This document shows, in pieces, positions 8,556-16,995 of a DNA stretch of 64,000 nucleotides. Numbering within the stretch: the first letter of the stretch is position 1; each line of letters starts with the position of its first letter. The stretch is from Candidatus Levyibacteriota bacterium (GTDB taxonomy: Bacteria; Patescibacteriota; Microgenomatia; Levybacterales; UBA12049): the NCBI GenBank assembly GCA_029260905.1, contig JAJDCH010000002.1, positions 15,546-79,545 of the forward strand, read 5' to 3'. A model generated the notes under the pieces. The model did no database searches and was not told the origin of the DNA. It saw only the letters and a list, made by a program, of their open reading frames with translations. The position numbers and the translations under genes were made by a program.

Positions 8556-11500
8556 ATGTTTGGGAAATTATTTGATCAAAAAAAAGAAGATGATCAAAAT
8601 GCTGCTGCCCCCCAACAGGGACAGGCTACTCAGTATTTTGATCAGCCACCTCCTGGTCAGCAACAGGTAGCACCGAATCAACCGGCTCAGCAAGTAGTTG
8701 CTCAACAGCCAGTAGCACCGACGCCTACTCCTCAAGCTAGTCCTGCAGATAACGCTGCTTCTCCAATTCAGAGTCAGGTTTCACCTCCTGTTGATGGAGC
8801 AACTTCAGCACAGCAGCAAGAACCTATACAGCCAGACACCTCTGCTGCACTTACTCATCTTGACCCTTTAGCAACTCAGGTTTTGACACGAGCGCAGGAA
8901 GAAACAAAAAGAATAAATCAACAGTTTATTGAACCCGAACAGATTTTACTTGCGATAATAAATGATCAGCAGACATATAAGCTTTTGGATGAGTTTAAGA
9001 TTGACGGAGGAGCTCTTTCAAAAGAAATTCAGTCAAAAGAGACAATGGGCGTTTTTAAGTCTCAGCCAACCCTTAGTCCTGTCTCGCAGAAGATTTTTGA
9101 TGCATCTTACAAAGATGCAAAGAATAGAGGCTCCAACTTTGTCACTCCTCAGGATATTTTTATACAGCTTTTATCCAAAGATTATCCTGTTTCAAATTAT
9201 CTAACAAGCAAAGGGCTTATGAAAGAAGCAGTAATTGAAAAGATGGCAAAAAACGCTGATCTTAATTATTCACATAAAACTATTCTTGAAACATATGCAA
9301 CAGACCTAACAGAGGAAGCGCGAACAGGCAAGCTTGATCCTGTTGCAGGACGTGAAAAAGAAGTTGATAGGATTGTTCATATTTTACTTCGAAGAACTAA
9401 AAATAACCCGATTATAATAGGAGAAACTGGAGTTGGAAAAACAGCAATAGTTGAGGGGCTTGCCCAGCAAATCGCAGCTGGTCAGGTTCCAAAAGATTTA
9501 CAAAATAAAAGAGTTTTTCAGCTTGATGTCTCATCTCTTATTGCAGGAGCCTCCCACAGGGGTGAATTTGAAGAAAGACTGCGTGGTGTTGTGAATGAAG
9601 TAATGGGATCCAATAATACAATTATTCTTTTTATTGATGAAATCCACAGTCTCTTAGGAACTGGTGATGGTGAAGGAATGAGTGCAGCAAACATCATAAA
9701 ACCACACCTTGCTCGTGGTCATTTGCAAATGATCGGTGCCACGACAACTATTGAATATAGAAAAAATTTTGCGAAAGACAAGGCGTTTGAGAGACGATTT
9801 CAGCCAGTTACTGCTGAGGAGCCATCTGAGGAAAATGCAGTCGAGATGCTTAAGGTTTTGAGACAAAAATATGAGAAGTTTCATAAGGTAGAAGTTTCTG
9901 ATGATACTTTGGTTGAGTGTGTGAAGCTCTCAAAGAAATATATTGGTGAACGTTATCTACCTGACAAGGCAGTTGATCTTTTGGATGAAGCATGTTCTGA
10001 GGTAAAATTGCAGATAGATGCAGGAAAGAGAAAAGAAGCTCAAGTAAGAAAAGGAGACATAGAAAAAGTTGTCAGTATTTGGACTGGTATTCCTATTACC
10101 AAATTAACAGAAGATGAAAGTCAAAAGCTTCTTAAGCTTGAAGATAGAATTCATAAGAGACTGATTGATCAGGAGCAGGCAGTTGTTGCTGTTGCTGAAG
10201 CGGTAAGGCGTGGAAGAATAGGTCTTGCTGCTGCAAATAGACCAATTGCATCCTTTATATTCCTTGGCCCAACAGGCACGGGTAAGACGGAACTTGCAAA
10301 GACTTTGGCGGAGCTTCTTTTTGGAAGAGATGACGCGATGGCAAGGCTTGACATGTCTGAGTATATGGAGAAGCATGAGGTTGCTAAGCTAATTGGCGCG
10401 CCACCAGGATATGTTGGTTATGAAGAGGGTGGTCAGCTCACAGAAGCAGTTCGCAAGAAGCCTTATTCAATCGTTCTTCTTGACGAGATCGAAAAAGCGC
10501 ATCCTGATGTTTTTAATATACTTTTACAGCTTCTTGAAGATGGAAGACTTACAGATAATAAAGGAAATACAATTTCTTTTAAGAATACAATTGTTATTTG
10601 TACGTCCAATATTGGTAGTAGCTTGATTCAGCAGAAATTAAATGAGCATGATTCAAAGACAGCAAAGACCAAGGAAGAATCAGAAAAACTATTCGAAGAA
10701 TTAACAGCTCTTGCAAAAGAAGAATTGGTCAAATTTTTCAGGCCTGAGCTTTTGAACAGATTTGATGAGACAGTTATTTTCAGGCCTCTTCTGCTTGAGC
10801 ATATGGCCGGCATCACAAGACTTGGTATTAAGAAAACAGCAGGTCTTTTGAAGGAGCAGGGATATAATCTTCAGATTACAGAAAAAGCAATTGCGCAACT
10901 TGCAAAAGATGGTTACGATCCTGTTTATGGGGCAAGACCTCTGAGAAGGCTTATTCAAACAGCGATTGAAAATCCTGTGGCGCTTGAGATTATATCCAAA
11001 AGATTTACACCTGGAGATACAATCTTAATTGATTATGATTCTGAGAAAAATACATTCGTGTTTACAAAAGGTGAGCAGAGCAAGGTATTTAATTCTGAAA
11101 ACATTAAAAAGACTTTGATGGGTGTTTTGCATCCTGAAACAGCCAGCGAAGATGATAAGGAAAAGCTGAAAATCCTGCATGATAAGGTCGAAGAAGCAGC
11201 CAAAAACGGTAATGAGCTAGCAGCAAGGATAATGGCTATGTCTGATGCAACAACAGCTGAAGAGACTCAAAAGATAATGGATGATTTGAAGGTTGCGCGA
11301 GAGAAAGAGGATCCTGTTTCTGCAGATATTTTAGCCTACGTTAATGCTGTTCTTTCAGCGCAAGCAACAGTAGAGCAGGAAGCTGATCCGATGTTTATAT
11401 TCAAGAAAAAGCTTCAGCAAATAGCAAATCCTTTGTATACAGCTGATGAAAAAGATAAAGAAAAATTTAATCATCTAAATGATATGCTTACAAAAGCTAG

Positions 11501-12059
11501 TCAGGAAAACAACGAATGGGCAAAAACTATACTGGCTTTAACAGATCAGACATCTGATACAGATATAGAAAAAATAAAAACAGATCTTGAAAAAGCAAAG
11601 GCAAATGGAGATCAGTTGGCAATCAACGTCCTGCAGGCGATATCTGATTCTGAGACAGCTGAGGTGGCTGGGTCCAGTCAAGAAGAAACTACCAAAGAAC
11701 CAGTTGCTGGCGCAGAAGATAAAAAAGCTGAGGGGGTACCACCTGTTCCAGTATCAGTGGCTGATCAGCCAAAAGAAGTGGTAAAGCCCGCTGTTGATTC
11801 ATCAAAAGGTGCGCCGTTTGGTTTGGCAAACGCGCCAAGTGCGCCTGACACAAGTCATATTACACCAGTTGAGTCCGTTGTTGCAGATCAGCCCGTTGTA
11901 GTTGCAGGAAATCCTGCGCCAGTTGAACCAACACCTCCTGCATCAGGAGGAGCGACCCTATCACAAAGTGCTGGAATGACAGCTTTGAATGAGCACTTAG
12001 AAAAAGAAAACAACATCATTTCTACCTCAGTCGAATCCGATGGTGAGAATATTTCCTAA
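8556..12059 (+). CDS. Clp-family AAA+ ATPase with two nucleotide-binding domains. It is ClpA-like, with no ClpB M-domain, and has an N-terminal Q/P-rich extension and a C-terminal repeat extension.
   Basis: Clp N-domain repeats. D1 Walker A IIIGETGVGKT; D2 Walker A FLGPTGTGKTE. LLDEIEKAHPDVFNILLQLLEDGRLTD and GARPLRRLIQ are present. The D1-D2 linker is short, like ClpA. No IG[FL] ClpP-docking tripeptide was seen. Confidence 0.8.
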   Translation: MFGKLFDQKKEDDQNAAAPQQGQATQYFDQPPPGQQQVAPNQPAQQVVAQQPVAPTPTPQASPADNAASPIQSQVSPPVDGATSAQQQEPIQPDTSAALTHLDPLATQVLTRAQEETKRINQQFIEPEQILLAIINDQQTYKLLDEFKIDGGALSKEIQSKETMGVFKSQPTLSPVSQKIFDASYKDAKNRGSNFVTPQDIFIQLLSKDYPVSNYLTSKGLMKEAVIEKMAKNADLNYSHKTILETYATDLTEEARTGKLDPVAGREKEVDRIVHILLRRTKNNPIIIGETGVGKTAIVEGLAQQIAAGQVPKDLQNKRVFQLDVSSLIAGASHRGEFEERLRGVVNEVMGSNNTIILFIDEIHSLLGTGDGEGMSAANIIKPHLARGHLQMIGATTTIEYRKNFAKDKAFERRFQPVTAEEPSEENAVEMLKVLRQKYEKFHKVEVSDDTLVECVKLSKKYIGERYLPDKAVDLLDEACSEVKLQIDAGKRKEAQVRKGDIEKVVSIWTGIPITKLTEDESQKLLKLEDRIHKRLIDQEQAVVAVAEAVRRGRIGLAAANRPIASFIFLGPTGTGKTELAKTLAELLFGRDDAMARLDMSEYMEKHEVAKLIGAPPGYVGYEEGGQLTEAVRKKPYSIVLLDEIEKAHPDVFNILLQLLEDGRLTDNKGNTISFKNTIVICTSNIGSSLIQQKLNEHDSKTAKTKEESEKLFEELTALAKEELVKFFRPELLNRFDETVIFRPLLLEHMAGITRLGIKKTAGLLKEQGYNLQITEKAIAQLAKDGYDPVYGARPLRRLIQTAIENPVALEIISKRFTPGDTILIDYDSEKNTFVFTKGEQSKVFNSENIKKTLMGVLHPETASEDDKEKLKILHDKVEEAAKNGNELAARIMAMSDATTAEETQKIMDDLKVAREKEDPVSADILAYVNAVLSAQATVEQEADPMFIFKKKLQQIANPLYTADEKDKEKFNHLNDMLTKASQENNEWAKTILALTDQTSDTDIEKIKTDLEKAKANGDQLAINVLQAISDSETAEVAGSSQEETTKEPVAGAEDKKAEGVPPVPVSVADQPKEVVKPAVDSSKGAPFGLANAPSAPDTSHITPVESVVADQPVVVAGNPAPVEPTPPASGGATLSQSAGMTALNEHLEKENNIISTSVESDGENIS

Positions 12060-12114
12060 ATTTGGGATTTGGTTATTTCATTTGTAATTTCTGCGTATTC
12101 TCCATATACTAAAT

Positions 12115-12450
12115 GTGAGCATGAATTCTTATCTGTCTATTCCACTTATTATTTTGAAGTTTTGGTATTTTGAGGCGCCAAGGGGAATTCTTGGTTATTT
12201 TGGATCGCTTAATAAAGCTTTTTTTGATTTCTTTTCACTACCTCTTTTTCTTAAGACCTATTTTAAGCCCCTGAAAAATGAATACAGACAAGGCTTGGTT
12301 GGTTTCTCAAGAGCAATGGGAATTATCATAAAGACAGGCTTTATTGTGATTGATCTGATAATCTTAGCCACTCTTTTAGTATTTGAGATAGGAGTAATTG
12401 TCGGATTTTTGGCATTTCCGATTCTTACTTTTTGGATGTTGTTTGTTTGA
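12115..12450 (+). CDS. Small membrane protein (hypothetical)
   Basis: 111-aa ORF with hydrophobic helices, lying between the two Clp-like genes. Confidence 0.4.
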   Translation: MSMNSYLSIPLIILKFWYFEAPRGILGYFGSLNKAFFDFFSLPLFLKTYFKPLKNEYRQGLVGFSRAMGIIIKTGFIVIDLIILATLLVFEIGVIVGFLAFPILTFWMLFV

Positions 12451-12459
12451 AAAGAAAAT

Positions 12460-14868
12460 ATGTTTTTTTACGCACGAATTTATCATTTTTACAGGCGAGC
12501 TTTATTAAGAGCCATACGCCTTTTTGTTTTTGCTGTTTTGCTTCTTATTATTTGGCCAAGTGTAGAGGCAGGAGGCTTGCCGAAAATTCCACTTTTCTTG
12601 TTTAATCTTTTTGTTATTTGGGAGATATTTTTTCATTTTAAGATTGGGCGTGTGATGCCTAGTTTAACAATTGAAAAGAATCAAAAAAAAGATCCTTATT
12701 TATCTTTTACACTCCAGGCAATTCTTCCATTTGTAGAGGAAGTAAAGACAGGAAATATTATAAGAAAAATTGTTAAGTACCCGCAAATTAAAGCCATAAT
12801 GCAAAAAGCAGACATAGAAGACAAAGACTTGAATTTTCCAGATGTGCCAGTTGATCTTTTGGCGCAATCCGCTTTTGAAACAGCACGTACGTTCAGGGCA
12901 AAATATGTGACATCTATTGATCTTTTTGCAGCATACATTTTTCTTATAGAGAAAGACACCGAGCTTCTTTTTGCCAAACAATTAAAGATAGATGATCTAA
13001 ATAATATTGTACGTTGGGCAAAGATAGAGTATCCAGATGAAGAAGAGCCCAAGAAAATAAGGACAGGGTCGTTGGGTGAGGGAATAGGAGAAGTATTAAC
13101 AACTGGATGGACTTATGAAACCAAAAAATATACAGTATCATTTTCATCTATTGCTCTTGGCAATAAACCTTTGATACTTGGGAGAGAGGCTGAATTTCGA
13201 CAATTAATTGAGACACTTATAAAAATAGAAAATAATAATGTGCTGCTGGTTGGAAATATAGGTGCGGGAAAGGAGAATTTGGTGCGGGCATTTTCTTATT
13301 ATTCTTTTACGGGTGAGCTTGGAGGGCTTCTCAATTACAAAAAAGTACTTCAACTTCTTACTGGTGCATTGACAGCTGGCGCATCACAAAGAGGAGATCT
13401 TGAAGTACGACTCCAAGAAATAATTGCTGAGATATCACATGCTGAGAATGTGCTTATTTATATACCTGATATTGAAAATATACTTGGTGGCGCGTCCTAC
13501 AACCTTGATTTATCAGGGGCACTGCTTCCTTATCTCAAGACAGGCAATCTGCCGGTTGTGGCAACTATGACAACTGGTGCTTACAAAACCTACATGGAGA
13601 AAAATCCGATTAAGGAGGCTTTTACTGTTATAAGTCTTTCAGATCCAGGCCCTGATGTTGCAACACAAATGGTACTTAGTGAGGCAAAAAAGATTGAGAA
13701 AAAATACAATGCCATCATTACATATGGTGCTGTTAAATCTTCTGTTGAGTTAGCCGGGAGATTTCTTCAGGATCAGGTACTTCCGGGTAGTGCTGTATCA
13801 CTTCTTGAGACAGTTGCAAATAAAGTTGCGCTTGATAAAAACGTTGTTTATTTTGAGCATACCAAGAAAAAAGCAGTTCTCAAGGATCATGTGGTTAGTG
13901 AGGTGGAGACTGAGGCGCATGTGGCAATCGGCACACCAAGCGATCAGGAGATAGAGCTACTTTTACATCTTGAGGAGAGGCTTCATGCGCGGGTTATCCA
14001 TCAGGATGAGGCCATCACTGCCATATCTGAGGCGATGAGAAGAGTCAGATCGGGAATGAGTACTAGCGAGAGGCCTGTCTCATTTTTGTTTCTTGGCCCA
14101 ACTGGTGTGGGCAAGACTGAGACAGCCAAGGCTCTTGCTGATTTTTATTTTGGTGGTGTCAAAAATATGATCAGGCTTGATATGAGTGAGTACTCAGATG
14201 ATGCGGGAGTAAGGCGTCTTCTTGGAGCGCTTCCAGGTGAGGGACAGGAAAGAGGAGAGCTGACTGATAAGATTCATGATAATCCAGCAAGCCTTGTTCT
14301 TCTTGATGAGTTTGAAAAAGCAAATCCCAAGATTCATAATTTATTTCTCCAGGTTTTGGATGATGGACGATTAACTGATAATAAAGGTGTGACTGTAAGT
14401 TTCCGTAACGCCATAATCATCGCCACATCCAATGCAGGATCTGAATTTATTCGTGAAGAAGTGGGAAAAGGTGTGGCAGTTGATAAAAGTTTTCAAAGAA
14501 ATCTGCTCGAGCATCTTCAGACTAATAGGCTTTTTAAGCCTGAACTTCTTAATCGATTTGATGATGTAGTTACCTTTAAACCACTTGCCAATGAAGACGT
14601 AATTCAAGTTGTAAAATTAATGCTTGGCAACTTGATTAAAACAATGGCTGAACAAGATATAGTCCTCGCCTTTGATGATGCTGTTATTGAGAAGATTAGC
14701 AAAGAAGGTTTTGACGCGCAGTTTGGGGCTAGGCCACTGAAGCGTTATATTCAGGATAATCTTGAGGACATAATTGCCCAGAAAAAACTTACAAAAGAAC
14801 TGGATAGAGGCAAGAGAGCTTCTTTCTCAATTGATGGAACAGGCGCGCTGACTGTAACCATTTCGTAA
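12460..14868 (+). CDS. Membrane-anchored Clp-like AAA+ protein. D1 is degenerate; D2 is intact but lacks the pore-loop tyrosine.
   Basis: N-terminal TM helices. D1 Walker A is GNIGAGKE and D1 Walker B is IPDIEN (degenerate). D2 has FLGPTGVGKTE, LVLLDEFEKA and GARPLKR intact. GALPGEGQ replaces the GYVG pore loop. Confidence 0.7.
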   Translation: MFFYARIYHFYRRALLRAIRLFVFAVLLLIIWPSVEAGGLPKIPLFLFNLFVIWEIFFHFKIGRVMPSLTIEKNQKKDPYLSFTLQAILPFVEEVKTGNIIRKIVKYPQIKAIMQKADIEDKDLNFPDVPVDLLAQSAFETARTFRAKYVTSIDLFAAYIFLIEKDTELLFAKQLKIDDLNNIVRWAKIEYPDEEEPKKIRTGSLGEGIGEVLTTGWTYETKKYTVSFSSIALGNKPLILGREAEFRQLIETLIKIENNNVLLVGNIGAGKENLVRAFSYYSFTGELGGLLNYKKVLQLLTGALTAGASQRGDLEVRLQEIIAEISHAENVLIYIPDIENILGGASYNLDLSGALLPYLKTGNLPVVATMTTGAYKTYMEKNPIKEAFTVISLSDPGPDVATQMVLSEAKKIEKKYNAIITYGAVKSSVELAGRFLQDQVLPGSAVSLLETVANKVALDKNVVYFEHTKKKAVLKDHVVSEVETEAHVAIGTPSDQEIELLLHLEERLHARVIHQDEAITAISEAMRRVRSGMSTSERPVSFLFLGPTGVGKTETAKALADFYFGGVKNMIRLDMSEYSDDAGVRRLLGALPGEGQERGELTDKIHDNPASLVLLDEFEKANPKIHNLFLQVLDDGRLTDNKGVTVSFRNAIIIATSNAGSEFIREEVGKGVAVDKSFQRNLLEHLQTNRLFKPELLNRFDDVVTFKPLANEDVIQVVKLMLGNLIKTMAEQDIVLAFDDAVIEKISKEGFDAQFGARPLKRYIQDNLEDIIAQKKLTKELDRGKRASFSIDGTGALTVTIS

Positions 14869-14952
14869 TTAAATTATATCTGCGGGATTTTTTGGAGGCA
14901 AGGTAAATATAAGAGATCATCACACCCATAAGTTCGATTTGGATGAGAAGCA

Positions 14953-15447
14953 TTACTCATTTTTTGTCACTCTTGCTAGTCCTTCTACTTTAATGTCCTG
15001 ACCTGCTATATCTTGAAATACTTCTTCAGTTAATGATCTCGCCCGGGTAGTTGGAAATTCTTTATTTTTATTTAATATTTCAAAAGGAATACCGTTAATA
15101 ACAATGACCTTAGAAAGACCTTCGTAAAGCAAACGTTCTGAATCTGATGGTCTCCCCAGTGTTCCCGCATCTTCAATTCTGATTAAGCCTGCTTCAGGGA
15201 TTTTTAATTTGCCTCTAGAGACTGCTAATTTAATTTTTCTATCACTCTCAGCAGCTAGGTCTACAAATGAAACTCCCAAAGGGCTTGTGTATGTCACATG
15301 ACTAAGAGTTCTTTCCTGAACCCCCCCCAAGTAATTTCTTCCTGATGCGTCGATAATTTCTGTTCTGACAAACATCAAGGTTCTTGGCTGTGTTCCCCTC
15401 GTTATCCCCTTTACAATATCCCTTGTTAGAAGTTCTGCTCGTACCAT
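14953..15447 (-). CDS. Hypothetical protein (164 aa)
   Basis: Clean ORF divergent from nusA. No family recognised with confidence. Confidence 0.5.
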   Translation of the reverse strand: MVRAELLTRDIVKGITRGTQPRTLMFVRTEIIDASGRNYLGGVQERTLSHVTYTSPLGVSFVDLAAESDRKIKLAVSRGKLKIPEAGLIRIEDAGTLGRPSDSERLLYEGLSKVIVINGIPFEILNKNKEFPTTRARSLTEEVFQDIAGQDIKVEGLARVTKNE

Positions 15448-15487
15448 AGTGTCCTATATTATATTATTCATAATATGAAAGTCAATA

Positions 15488-15516
15488 TTGTCACTTCGGG
15501 CTTAATTTGCTATACT
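15488..15516 (+). promoter_or_regulatory. Sigma70-type promoter TTGTCA-N17-TATACT upstream of nusA
   Basis: Hexamers at 15488-15493 and 15511-15516, separated by a 17-nt spacer. Confidence 0.45.
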
Positions 15517-15603
15517 TCACTTACGAACGTATGCAAGTGGAAATGAAAAATTATTTCCAGAATCCCAGTGATTCAAATATAATTAGCAGAAATTCGTTAT
15601 ATT

Positions 15604-16968
15604 ATGCCGGCAATACAAAGATCAGAATTCGCACTAGCTCTAAATCAAGTTGCTTCAGAACGAGGAGTTGACGTAGAGGTTGTCCTTGAGACAGTCCGAA
15701 ACGCTATCCTTGCTGCCTATCGTAAAGATCATCCAGGAGCAGAAATAGAAGAATTTACAGCAGAACTTGATCCCAATTCAGGGGAGGCTCACATCCTCAA
15801 AGAAGGAAAAGATGTGACACCTCCAGGTTTTGGAAGAATTGCAGCGCAAACTGCCAAGCAGGTTATACTTCAAAAGATCCGCGAGAAAGAGAAGGAAGCA
15901 ATCCTTACTGATTTCAGAGATAAAGTTGGAACAGTAATTAACGGTATGGTTCTCAGGTTTGCAGGACCAAACGTGATTGTTGATGTTGGAAAGACTGAGG
16001 CTCTTATGCCTCCTGGTGAGCAGATGCCTCAGGAAAAATACCATCTTAACCAAAGGCTTTCTTTTTATATGCTTGAGATTCGAGACGGGATGAAGGGTGA
16101 AGAGATAATTGTATCCCGTTCATCAAATGGACTGGTTGAAGGACTTTTCAAAAGAGAAGTTCCTGAAATCGCACAAGGATCAGTTGAGGTAAAGCAAATT
16201 GTCAGAGAGCCGGGAAACAGGACAAAGATTGCTGTTTTCTCAACGCAACCTGGAATTGATCCTGTTGGTTCATGTGTAGGACAAAAAGGTGTCAGAGTGC
16301 AAGCTATTATTCAGGAGCTTGGCGGAATTGAAAAGGTAGATATAATTCAGTGGTCAGATGATATAAAGACTTATATTGCACAAGCTTTATCTCCTGCCAA
16401 AAATGTAACACTTGAGATTGATGAGAAAGAAAAAGTAGCTCATGCTAAAGTACCACAAGAGGAACTGTCCTTAGCAATTGGAAAAGATGGACAAAACGTC
16501 AGGCTTGCTCACAAACTGACAGGTTACAGGATTGAGATAGAGGGAATTGGTGAGCCACCAGCTCCGGTTGAGGAAAAGGTCGAAAAAGTTGAAGAAGTTG
16601 TTGAGGCAGAAGAAAAACCAGCTGAAGAGGTGTCAGTTGATTCAAAAGATGACGCAGCAGCATCAAGCGAGCCAGTTGTAGAAGTATCCGATGATTCATC
16701 TGATGAGAAAAAGCCTGAAGCTGAAGCCGAAGCAGTTGGCAATCCTGATGAAAAGCAGGCAGATTCTTCACAAGCTCAGGAAGTAACTATAGAAGAAGCA
16801 GAAGAGAAAGAATCGGCTGAGAGTGATGAGTCACCTGCTGATGAGAAAAGTAAAACCCCTACCAAAGAAACTGCAAATGCTGTAGAAGATGAGGATTCAA
16901 AAGATTCTGAAGCTAGAGACACAAATTCAGAAAATGAAAAACCGTCAGAAGATAGCAGTAAAGAATAA
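15604..16968 (+). CDS. nusA: Transcription termination/antitermination factor NusA with an acidic low-complexity C-terminal tail
   Basis: NusA N-terminal domain, S1 domain and KH domains. The tail is E/D/S-rich. Confidence 0.9.
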   Translation: MPAIQRSEFALALNQVASERGVDVEVVLETVRNAILAAYRKDHPGAEIEEFTAELDPNSGEAHILKEGKDVTPPGFGRIAAQTAKQVILQKIREKEKEAILTDFRDKVGTVINGMVLRFAGPNVIVDVGKTEALMPPGEQMPQEKYHLNQRLSFYMLEIRDGMKGEEIIVSRSSNGLVEGLFKREVPEIAQGSVEVKQIVREPGNRTKIAVFSTQPGIDPVGSCVGQKGVRVQAIIQELGGIEKVDIIQWSDDIKTYIAQALSPAKNVTLEIDEKEKVAHAKVPQEELSLAIGKDGQNVRLAHKLTGYRIEIEGIGEPPAPVEEKVEKVEEVVEAEEKPAEEVSVDSKDDAAASSEPVVEVSDDSSDEKKPEAEAEAVGNPDEKQADSSQAQEVTIEEAEEKESAESDESPADEKSKTPTKETANAVEDEDSKDSEARDTNSENEKPSEDSSKE

Positions 16969-16995
16969 TATGAGAGGTATTATTCAACAATCATT

